A DNA stretch of 32,454 bases, taken from assembly GCA_018260615.1 (NCBI GenBank), contig JAGWDQ010000099.1, positions 2,047-34,500 on the forward strand. The letters run 5' to 3'. Positions 18,711 through 26,742 of the stretch are shown here, one piece after another. The notes under the pieces are model-generated. The model did no database searches. It was not told the DNA's origin and saw nothing but the letters and a program-made list of their open reading frames with translations. Positions within the stretch are counted from its first letter, which is position 1. Every line of letters starts with the position of its first letter. The translations under genes and the position numbers were made by a program. The stretch comes from Candidatus Altarchaeum sp. GTDB lineage: Archaea > Altiarchaeota > Altiarchaeia > Altiarchaeales > Altiarchaeaceae.

Positions 18711-18758
18711 AAAAGTAACCGAAAAGTAACCGAAAAGTAACCGAAAAGTAACCGAAAA
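18711..18758. repeat. Tandem repeat AAAAGTAACCG x4 plus partial
   Basis: Perfect 11-bp unit, no spacers. Confidence 0.95.
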
Positions 18759-18761
18759 ATT

Positions 18762-18951
18762 AATGTGGTTGCCCGGACCACCGCAACAGAATACCTAAGG
18801 GATTTAATTTTTACCTCACCCAATTATAAAAATCGCATTACACAGGTTAAATAAAAAAGGTATCATAATCCAGCCGGATAAGTTTGTGTATGTCATACCT
18901 GATAAAATGTTCAGAGAGTATATTTTGAGAGTAAGTGAAATCCGGCGGTAA
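18762..18951 (+). pseudogene. Gene debris: HTH fragment and winged-helix-like C-terminal fragment
   Basis: NVVARTTATEYLRDL (18762-) and IKIALHRLNKKGII...YVIPDKMFREYIL (18826-18951), without starts. Confidence 0.4.
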
Positions 18952-19046
18952 CAAGAGTAACAAAAATGAATATGATTTGTTACCTCTGTATCCGGGATGT
19001 AAATAAAGAAAAAAATAAAAATTCAAAACAATAAAATATAGATAAA

Positions 19047-19595
19047 ATGGAAAATACGAATAAAAATTTAAGATATTTAGCCATTATGGTGTTGTTTGTA
19101 GGAATAATAATGATAGGTGGATGCATTGGAGAGAAAAAAGAGATAGAATACTCCACCCATAGTGGTGACAAATCAACATTTAAATATCCTAATAACTTGG
19201 AAGATATGGATCCTTCAAAATTAGGTATGCCGCAATTACAGGATATTAAATATATTATCAAAATGGAAAAAAATAAATACTCATTTATCATCTTTGTATC
19301 GGTAGAAACAGAAAGGGTACCTATAACTGAAAATCAGTTAGATTTATATATTGATGATATAAAACAAGGTTATGGCATCACTGGAAGTGGAGGATTTAGT
19401 GTGATTGATAAAAAGATAGTGAATGATGATGAAGCGATAGTTGAAGGCAAAGCAGGAAGTTTACACTTTAGAACAAAACACTTAAACTGCGGTAACGATA
19501 AATTTAATACATTAACATTCACCTCTCGTGAAGACAAATGGAATAATTATGAGGATACTGCGTCATATGTTATTGACTCATTCAAATGCGTTTGA
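19047..19595 (+). CDS. Secreted lipoprotein (PsbP-like fold possible)
   Basis: Basic N-terminus, hydrophobic stretch, lipobox GGC; STFKYP and YVIDSFKC resemble PsbP-like ends. Confidence 0.6.
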   Translation: MENTNKNLRYLAIMVLFVGIIMIGGCIGEKKEIEYSTHSGDKSTFKYPNNLEDMDPSKLGMPQLQDIKYIIKMEKNKYSFIIFVSVETERVPITENQLDLYIDDIKQGYGITGSGGFSVIDKKIVNDDEAIVEGKAGSLHFRTKHLNCGNDKFNTLTFTSREDKWNNYEDTASYVIDSFKCV

Positions 19596-19642
19596 CACTA
19601 ATAAGTATACAAAAAATTTACTTTAGAATGCTCCACGACATC

Positions 19643-19730
19643 AGATAACATAGAATATACGCTACAGCTTCGCATTGCCTTTCAGGAAATTTTGCTACAC
19701 AAAACTTCGGATACACTCATTCCGTTAGGC
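19643..19730 (+). other. attC-like integron recombination site
   Basis: AGATAAC...GTTAGGC (AAC/GTT cores, perfect GTTRRRY), 88 bp; GAATATA/TACACTC pair better on the bottom strand; lies 47 bp after a CDS. Confidence 0.45.
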
Positions 19731-19987
19731 GACATATTACTCGGTGAATATACAAAAAACATCATAATTTGTATTTTCTGTATTTAAAAAATTAGAAAAC
19801 AGAAAAATAAAATTAAAAATTCAAATAAAACAAAATACAGATAAAATGGAAAATAAAATTAAACAAAACAGGGAAAAGGTAAATATAAATGCAAAATTAG
19901 TAAGTACAAATTTAAATGCCTGATTTAATAATTAACCAGATAAAAAAACAATACCTTATAAAAATAACACAATAAAAATACATCAAA

Positions 19988-20608
19988 ATGATTACAGCAC
20001 AAAGAAAACCAATGGAAGAAATAGTAAAAAATTTAACCGGCAAGAAGAAAGTACTCGTAGTTGGTTGTAATGGCTGCACCGCTTTTCACAGAGTTGGTGG
20101 CCAAAAACAAGTGGGAGAATTTGCAAAACTGCTCAAAATTAATACGAAATTAAAAAATTTAGATATTGAAATTATAGAATCGTGTGTTGAGCAGCAGTGC
20201 GGAAAGGAACTTGTTGAAGATGCATTAAATGAAGTTATAAAGGGATGCGATGCTGTTATTTCGCTCGCCTGTGGTGCAGGAGTTCAGCAAATCGCAGAAA
20301 TTTATGAAAAAATTTTGGTTTATCCCGCAAATGATACATTTTTGGTTGGAATTGAAAACAGGAAAGAAGAAAAACTTGTTGAGGTCTGCAGGGGGTGCGG
20401 GGACTGTATTTTGGGCGAAACAGTAGGAATATGTCCGAAAACAAGATGCAGGAAGGGATTATTAAACGGACCCTGCGCAGGTGTTCACGACGGATTATGC
20501 GAATTAAGCACAAAGGAAAACAAAATACCATGTGCGTGGATAGAAATCTGCAATAAAATGGTTGAGATGGGAATGAAGGATAAAATTTTGGAAATACGGA
20601 TGCCATGA
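19988..20608 (+). CDS. metV: MTHFR C-terminal-domain protein (MetV-like small subunit)
   Basis: VVGCNGC, SLACGAGVQ, C.GCGDC.L..T.GICP.TRC.KGLLNGPC.G and CAW motifs. Confidence 0.85.
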   Translation: MITAQRKPMEEIVKNLTGKKKVLVVGCNGCTAFHRVGGQKQVGEFAKLLKINTKLKNLDIEIIESCVEQQCGKELVEDALNEVIKGCDAVISLACGAGVQQIAEIYEKILVYPANDTFLVGIENRKEEKLVEVCRGCGDCILGETVGICPKTRCRKGLLNGPCAGVHDGLCELSTKENKIPCAWIEICNKMVEMGMKDKILEIRMP

Positions 20609-20659
20609 GTTAATGAGGGTATAAAAATTAAAAAAATAAAATTTAAAATTCAAAGTAAA

Positions 20660-21529
20660 ATGTCCGAAGAAATTTCAGTCAGAATCATAAAGCCAATAGT
20701 GTGGAATTTTGAGGTTGTAAACGGAGAAAACGCATTTAAGGAAGTTGTATATTCGGCGAGGGTTTCAGGAGTTCCGGATGTTGTCCAAGATGATAAGGTA
20801 TTTTCAATGATGGTTGAAAATGATTATGGTTCTGCACTGGAACATATAATAATAAAATTTGATGTTAAGATGAGCAAAGGAAATGCACCGGAACTGCTCG
20901 AACATAGAATAATGAGCCACAGTGGATATTCAACGAGATATATTGAAGTCAGCAAAGGGATAGATAAAGATAGCGAGGGTTACGAAGTCATCGTGCCATT
21001 ACATTTATTGGGTGCTGAATATAAAGACGAAACCACAAGAATAATAACTGAAAATTTAAGGGCTGCAATATCTGCATACAGGGAGATAAATAAAGGCGGT
21101 GTTCCGAGAGAAATTGCCAGATATGTTCTGCCTTTTGCGATTGCCGCCGGGACATATCATGTAACGATAAATTTAAGGTCGCTGTTAAATTTTTTGGGAT
21201 TACGATTATGCGTCAGAGCAGCACCCGAAATCAGGGCAATTGCTTCGCAGATATACTTTGCTTTAACTGAAAAACTGCCGCAATTAAGAAATTTAATCGG
21301 ATGCAGGGGATTTATGAGAGGTTGCTGTCCCGAAAGCGATGTAACAGGAGTAAGAATAGGAAAGCAGATAAAATCATATCCTGTTTGTATATTTAAATCC
21401 CCGGAAAGCGAAATTTACATTCCGACAATAAAGGAAATGAGAAATAATGCTCAAGTTATTAAATTTGATAAAGAAAAAGCAGTAAAATCACAGGAAATTT
21501 TATTTAAAAAATGGGCGGAATGGGAATGA
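20660..21529 (+). CDS. thyX: Flavin-dependent thymidylate synthase, divergent
   Basis: SALEH, EHRIMSHSGYSTRY (RHRx7S-like), REIARYVLP, TINLRSLLNFL.LR.C..A..EIR motifs. Confidence 0.8.
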   Translation: MSEEISVRIIKPIVWNFEVVNGENAFKEVVYSARVSGVPDVVQDDKVFSMMVENDYGSALEHIIIKFDVKMSKGNAPELLEHRIMSHSGYSTRYIEVSKGIDKDSEGYEVIVPLHLLGAEYKDETTRIITENLRAAISAYREINKGGVPREIARYVLPFAIAAGTYHVTINLRSLLNFLGLRLCVRAAPEIRAIASQIYFALTEKLPQLRNLIGCRGFMRGCCPESDVTGVRIGKQIKSYPVCIFKSPESEIYIPTIKEMRNNAQVIKFDKEKAVKSQEILFKKWAEWE

Positions 21530-21538
21530 ATAAAAAAA

Positions 21539-22470
21539 ATGGAATCAGATAACGCATTAGTTGTATTTCATGGAAAGGGTATCAGAAGAATGTGGTATGA
21601 TGATGAATGGTATTTTTCAGTGGTGGATGTGGTGCAAGTTTTGACAGATCAAGTTGATGATTATACTGCCAGGAAATACTGGAATAAACTTACACAAAGG
21701 TTGAGAGATGAAGGAAGTGAGTTGGTGACATTTTGTCACCGACTGAAATTGGAATCTTCTGATGGAAAAAAATATGATGCTAACTGTGCCAATACCAAAG
21801 GTTTATTTCGTATTATTCAGTCAATTCCTTCGCCTAAGGCAGAGCCATTTAAGCAATGGTTGGCTAAAGTAGGCTACGAGAGAATACAGGAAATAGAAAA
21901 CCCCGAACTTGCACAGGAAAGAGCAAAGGAATACTACAAACTAAAAGGTTATCCTACGGAATGGATTGAAAAACGGCTCAGAGGGATTGCAATCAGGCAG
22001 GATTTAACAGACGAATGGAAACAAAGAGGAATTGAAGAGAACAAGGACTATGCTATTCTTACAAATGAGATTTCAAAGGCAACATTTGGAATACCTATCA
22101 AAAATCATAAAGAAATAAAAGGTCTTGACCCGAAGTTTAAAAACCAGAATTTACGAGACCACATGACGGATTTGGAATTAATTTTCACGATAACCTCACT
22201 TCGTTCGGATATTTTCAAAACTTCGTTTTGAAAATGCTTGGCGAGGCATCAACAACAGAAATAGCGAGAAGTAAAGATGCACAAGGTTTTAATGAAAATA
22301 TGAATGCTGCAAGAAAAGGCGGCGGAATTGCAGGAAATGCGAGACAGGAATTAGAATACGAATCAGGAAGGAAAGTTGTAAGTAGTGAAAATTATTTGGA
22401 AATTACAGGTAAAGTTCATAAAATTAAGAAATTAGAGGACAAAAAATCAGAAAAGAAAACCGGCAAATAA
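21539..22470 (+). pseudogene. Bro-N domain protein gene frameshifted by a 44-bp insertion
   Basis: WYFSVVDVV.VLT, LKLESSDGKKY, IQSIPSPKAEPFKQWLA; deleting 22190-22233 restores DHMTDLELIFT-MLGEASTTEI. Confidence 0.85.
22190..22233. mobile_element. 44-bp two-module hairpin insertion with AT duplication
   Basis: First 24 nt are the exact reverse complement of 4320-4343 and 4432-4455; stem ATTTTCAAAAC-TTC-GTTTTGAAAAT follows. Confidence 0.8.
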
Positions 22471-22475
22471 TTAAA

Positions 22476-22760
22476 ATGGAATCGGATAAAGCATTGGTGG
22501 TATTTCAGGGAAAAGAAATCAGAAGGGAGTGGCATAATAATGAATGGTATTTTTCAGTGGTTGATGTTATAGAAGTTTTAACTGACAGCCCTACTCCGCG
22601 ACAGTACTGGGGTAAAGTTAAGGACAGAGAATTTGAAGAACTTGAGTTGTCCCCAATTTGGATACAACTGAAATTACTGTCGGCAGATGGTAAAAAATAC
22701 CTGACTGATTGTGCAAATACTGAAAACATGTTTAGAATTATCGAACTAATAAATAATTAA
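22476..22760 (+). pseudogene. N-terminal fragment of a second Bro-N gene
   Basis: MESDKALVVFQGKEIRR...RIIE parallels residues 1-95 of the upstream gene, then stops. Confidence 0.65.
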
Positions 22761-22795
22761 AAATAAATTTAAAATTTAAAATAAATTTAATTAAA

Positions 22796-23743
22796 ATGGG
22801 TCTATTAAGGGAAAATTTTAACAGGAAATTTATCGCAACGGGAGAAGTAAGTCCGCCGCCGTGTCCGGACAAGACACTATTCGCACACGAGGTTGAGGAA
22901 ATGAAACCGCTGATGGGAAGAATTTTGGGTGTAAATGTCGTTGACGGTCCCGGAGGAAGGGTGCTGATGTCATCGCTTGGAGCAAGTATATATATGATTC
23001 AGCACGGCGTTGAGCCGATACTCCAGCAGGTTGTCCGTGACAAAAACAGAGTTGCATTACAAAACGACCTTCTCAGTGCAGCAATATTCGGGATAGAAAA
23101 TGTGCTTTCAATTGCAGGAGACCATCCCGCATGTCCGGCATCAGATAACCCTAAATCAAAGCCGGTCTATGATATGGACTCAACGACACTAATCGTTATG
23201 CTGAAAAAATTAAACGAAGGAAAATTATGGAACGGAAAGGACACAAATTATGAAAACAAAAATTTAAACGCAAAGACAAATTTCTTCATCGGAGCAAGTT
23301 TAAGTCCCACTTCATCGCCACTTGACGGAGAAATTTATAAAGTTAAGAGAAAATTAATTGCAGGTGTGGATTTCTTTCAGACGCAGGGAGTATTCAGCAT
23401 AGAGCCGCTCACAAATTTTCTAAATTTATACGAAAAAACAATCGGTGAAAAAATATCCGACAAAGTCCTCGTTGGAATCGTTCCGATATGGAGTTACGGT
23501 ATGTTTAAATATTTACTTACTTTGCCGGGAATAGTTGTCGGTGAAAAATTTCTGAATGAGGTAAATGAGGCAAGGAAAAAGCAAAAAGAAACGGGACAAA
23601 AAGGGCTCATTGAAGAAGCGGGGGTAAATTTATGTGTTGACTTGGTTGATAAAATCAAAAGTTTGGGGGTTAAAGGTGTTCATATAATGCCTGTTGGGAA
23701 TTTGCACGCAATGAAGGAAATTATGGATAAAGCGGGATTGTGA
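22796..23743 (+). CDS. metF: Methylenetetrahydrofolate reductase
   Basis: TGEVSPP, NVVD.P, EPILQ.V.RDKNR.ALQ.DLL.A, AGVDFFQTQ and GVHIM motifs. Confidence 0.9.
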   Translation: MGLLRENFNRKFIATGEVSPPPCPDKTLFAHEVEEMKPLMGRILGVNVVDGPGGRVLMSSLGASIYMIQHGVEPILQQVVRDKNRVALQNDLLSAAIFGIENVLSIAGDHPACPASDNPKSKPVYDMDSTTLIVMLKKLNEGKLWNGKDTNYENKNLNAKTNFFIGASLSPTSSPLDGEIYKVKRKLIAGVDFFQTQGVFSIEPLTNFLNLYEKTIGEKISDKVLVGIVPIWSYGMFKYLLTLPGIVVGEKFLNEVNEARKKQKETGQKGLIEEAGVNLCVDLVDKIKSLGVKGVHIMPVGNLHAMKEIMDKAGL

Positions 23744-23814
23744 GAAATTTTTTATCGTACAGGAAAGTTCGTTTTATATCCTCACACGGAGACACCGAGA
23801 CACAAAGGAGAAAT

Positions 23815-24095
23815 ATACTGAAAATTCTTTGAGAATTTTCAATCTTTAAAAAATCCGTGAGATTTTTAAATACTGAAAATCCGTGAGATTTTCAATCTTT
23901 AAAAAATCTGCGAGATTTTTAAATACTGAAAATCCGTGAGATTTTCAATCTTTTAAAATCTATTGATTTTAAAATCACCTCGTTTGTGCTCAGAGATTTT
24001 AAAAACTTCGTTTTTAAAATACTCTGTGACTTTGTAGCTTTGTGTGATTTCAAAATCTTGCAGATTTTGAAATCTCCGAACGAAGTGAGGTGAGC
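23815..24095. repeat. Array of AT-delimited hairpin modules
   Basis: Three 53-55 bp double-hairpin units, then further stems and CCGAACGAAGTGAGG. Confidence 0.85.
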
Positions 24096-24203
24096 ATTTT
24101 TTATTTTTGACTATCTTTTTTGGGAGTGTTAACCAATTACTTAAAATAGACAAAGTTACGGATTAAATTTATTTTCTTATTGTATAATCTCATCTGCGAA
24201 ATT

Positions 24204-24941
24204 TTAATAATATCCGTATTTTTTCTTCTCTCTCTTTACTTCTCCAAATTTCAATACCCTTAATCCGTCTGTCAGCAGACATTCATCATTCCGGTCATTA
24301 AATTTTTTTATTATGTTCTCAAAATTTTTGCTTACTGCATCCCTGCTTTCCTTGTCGCTCATTCCCAAAATTTTTCCGAATGCCGTCAATGTCTCTGCGG
24401 GTTTGTATTCAAATATATTGCCTGCGAATGTTGAAATAATGTAATTGACTTTAGACCTTTTTGCGAGCAGGAAATTCTTTTTCATAATTGCGAGTTTCTT
24501 TACTCTTTGCATTCCCCAACAATTTAAAATTTCGGAAAAACCGAATGCGAGCGAGATAAAATTTTTATTCATATTTTTAAATACAACCTTATCTATAATT
24601 TCGTTTGCTATAATAACATCAATTTCATTATATTTCGTGAGCTCATTTAATATTTTGCTGTCTTTGCTGTCAGTAATGTTGCAGAATATGAGCCGAGCGG
24701 GATTTCTTCTTATGTTTTCAATAGAAAATTTCTCAAACAGTAATCCGCTTAAAATTTCCTCGTTACCTTTGATTTCTTCTCTGCTGCTATCTTTTTTATT
24801 GCCTTTATTTTCCTCAAATTTTTTTAACAGGATGACTGCGCTCTTTCTATTCTTTCCTTTTCTGTCGGAGATGTCAAATTCCTTTGCAATTTTCAAGACC
24901 TCTAAATGGTTTTCCTTTTTAAATATATCATAAGTTATCAT
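24204..24941 (-). CDS. rnp3: RNase P protein subunit Rpp30
   Basis: ISLAFGFSEIL...G..R, NF.LAKR..VNYIIST.A...FE and LGMS..ES..AVS motifs; start set at MITYD (24941). Confidence 0.75.
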   Translation of the reverse strand: MITYDIFKKENHLEVLKIAKEFDISDRKGKNRKSAVILLKKFEENKGNKKDSSREEIKGNEEILSGLLFEKFSIENIRRNPARLIFCNITDSKDSKILNELTKYNEIDVIIANEIIDKVVFKNMNKNFISLAFGFSEILNCWGMQRVKKLAIMKKNFLLAKRSKVNYIISTFAGNIFEYKPAETLTAFGKILGMSDKESRDAVSKNFENIIKKFNDRNDECLLTDGLRVLKFGEVKREKKKYGYY

Positions 24942-25019
24942 TGAGTGAAATTTAGGACTGAAATTTAATTTATTTTGAATTTTAAATTTAATTATGTATT
25001 CTATATAAAATTTTTCATA

Positions 25020-26225
25020 ATGGACAATAAAAAAGAAAACGAGCAAAGCGAGCACAACAACCGGAAAAGAAATCTGTATCTCGTATCAGTATTCGGTCCC
25101 GACAGGACAGGAATATGCAGGGAATTTTCAGGAATTTTTGCGAGGCGAAATTTAAACATAATTGATGTTGAGGCGATAGCGATGCGAGGATATTTTATAA
25201 TGCCTTTTCTCGTTGATTTCGGAAAGGAAGATAAAAAGAAATTTAAGGAAATTGAAAAGGAATTAAAAGAAACAGCGTTGCGGCTGAATATTACAATAAA
25301 AATTGAAGAGTATAAGGAAGAAAAGAAGGAAAAGAAGATAATTTACATTTCAACAATAGGAAAAGACAAGCCGGGAATAATTTACGGATTCACATCTTTA
25401 TTTGCGGGTTTAAATTTAAATGTTGAACGGATGAAGACAATTGGAAGGGAAGACCTCGCGGTTACGGAATATCGTCTGGATATCGGAGTTCAGAAAATTT
25501 CAGACATACGGAAAAAAATTTATGAAAAGGCGGGTGAAATCGGCGTAGATGTAATTGTTCGCGACAGGAATACTTATGAAAGGACAAAGAAATTAGTTGT
25601 TTTTGACCTGGACGGGACACTGATAGACAAAGAAATTATTGATGAAATTGCAAAATTCGCAAATGTTGAAGATGAGGTTAAAGCAATAACAAAGGATGCG
25701 ATGGAGGGAAAGATTGAATTTAAAAAAGCAATAAAAGAGAGAGTAAATTTGTTTAAAGGAATGGATGTAAAAATTTTGGAAGATATGGCAAAGGAACTTG
25801 AATTTACACCGGAGGCAAAGGAACTGATTTACCGGCTAAAGGAACTGAATTACAAGCTCGCTATAATAAGCGGTGCATTTACGATTTTTACAGACGCATT
25901 GAAGGAAAAGTATCCCGTTGATTATGTTTACGGAAATAAGCTTGAGATTAAGGATGGAAAACTGACCGGAAATTTAGAGGGAAGGATTATAGACGCTTAC
26001 GGAAAAGCCAGAATAATGAAGGATATTGCAAAGAAGGAAGGAATTAGCGTAAGCGATGTTATTGCAGTGGGTGACGGGGCAAATGACAGGATAATGATTA
26101 AAAAGGCGGGGCTTGGAATTGCATTAAATCCGAAAAAAATTTTAAAGAAATTTTCGGATGGGGTAATAAGCAGGAATGCGATGAAGGATTTGATTATGTG
26201 CATTGATAAAGAGAAGGGGTTTTAA
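25020..26225 (+). CDS. serB: Phosphoserine phosphatase with two ACT domains
   Basis: G.DRTGI and GKDKPGI ACT motifs; FDLDGTLI, ISGAF, K and GDGAND HAD motifs; start set at MDNKK. Confidence 0.92.
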   Translation: MDNKKENEQSEHNNRKRNLYLVSVFGPDRTGICREFSGIFARRNLNIIDVEAIAMRGYFIMPFLVDFGKEDKKKFKEIEKELKETALRLNITIKIEEYKEEKKEKKIIYISTIGKDKPGIIYGFTSLFAGLNLNVERMKTIGREDLAVTEYRLDIGVQKISDIRKKIYEKAGEIGVDVIVRDRNTYERTKKLVVFDLDGTLIDKEIIDEIAKFANVEDEVKAITKDAMEGKIEFKKAIKERVNLFKGMDVKILEDMAKELEFTPEAKELIYRLKELNYKLAIISGAFTIFTDALKEKYPVDYVYGNKLEIKDGKLTGNLEGRIIDAYGKARIMKDIAKKEGISVSDVIAVGDGANDRIMIKKAGLGIALNPKKILKKFSDGVISRNAMKDLIMCIDKEKGF

Positions 26226-26232
26226 ATTTAAA

Positions 26233-26367
26233 ATGGGATTAAAATTTTTTATAGCGTATGAAAAAACAGCCGGGAATCATATTGCAGAAAATCTAAAAGA
26301 ATCTCTTGAAAGGTATGAACAATCAGGGTATGTTAAAGAAGCATTTATGGCGCCTCGTACTATATAA
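26233..26367 (+). pseudogene. 44-codon TIR-like N-terminal fragment
   Basis: MGLKFFIAYEKTAGNHIAENLKESLERYEQSGYVKEAFMAPRTI* resembles the TIR betaA-alphaA-betaB pattern (FISY...A..L...L...VF.D..I). Confidence 0.45.
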
Positions 26368-26443
26368 GCGAACACTTTTTGTTAATTATTTAATTATTAT
26401 ATGTAATTATATATTCTTTTTGTTTTTAAAAAATTTAAATAAA

Positions 26444-26614
26444 ATGAAAATGAAAAAAGAAGAGAAAGAGAAAAAAAGAGAAATTTCCCTAACTCTTGAA
26501 GAGGTGTGGAAAATAATAGACGACAATAAAGAAGAAATTGAGGAAGAAATTAGAAAAGAGGAAGAAAATGAGATAGAAACAGCTCAATATTGTAGAACTT
26601 ATGTAATTAGGTAG
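26444..26614 (+). CDS. 56-aa acidic small protein
   Basis: ATG after an A-rich leader; the longer ORF-track start runs through the TIR fragment and AT-rich spacer. Confidence 0.5.
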   Translation: MKMKKEEKEKKREISLTLEEVWKIIDDNKEEIEEEIRKEEENEIETAQYCRTYVIR

Positions 26615-26742
26615 GTTGTTTTATAAGAGTAACAACATTTTTTTATAAAACAATTTATTTTTTTCATTTTTTCTTTATATTTTCCTGTTGGTAATTATTA
26701 TTTTATGAAAGTGTATATGTCTATCAACTTTATAATAATAAA

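Noticed and set aside
18711-18758. CRISPR array
   Set aside because: Perfect head-to-tail 11-bp units with no spacers.
23815-23975. CRISPR-like 53-55 bp periodicity
   Set aside because: The intervening segments are themselves conserved hairpins, not unique spacers, and no cas genes are nearby.
24942-25055. Long N-terminal extensions of rnp3 and serB in the ORF track (also 5558 and 26306 starts)
   Set aside because: They overlap each other or run through AT-rich intergenic or MITE DNA; downstream ATGs fit better.
25020-26225. Functional link between serB and sepS via phosphoserine
   Set aside because: They are 17 kb apart and not co-transcribed; nothing in the sequence supports co-regulation.
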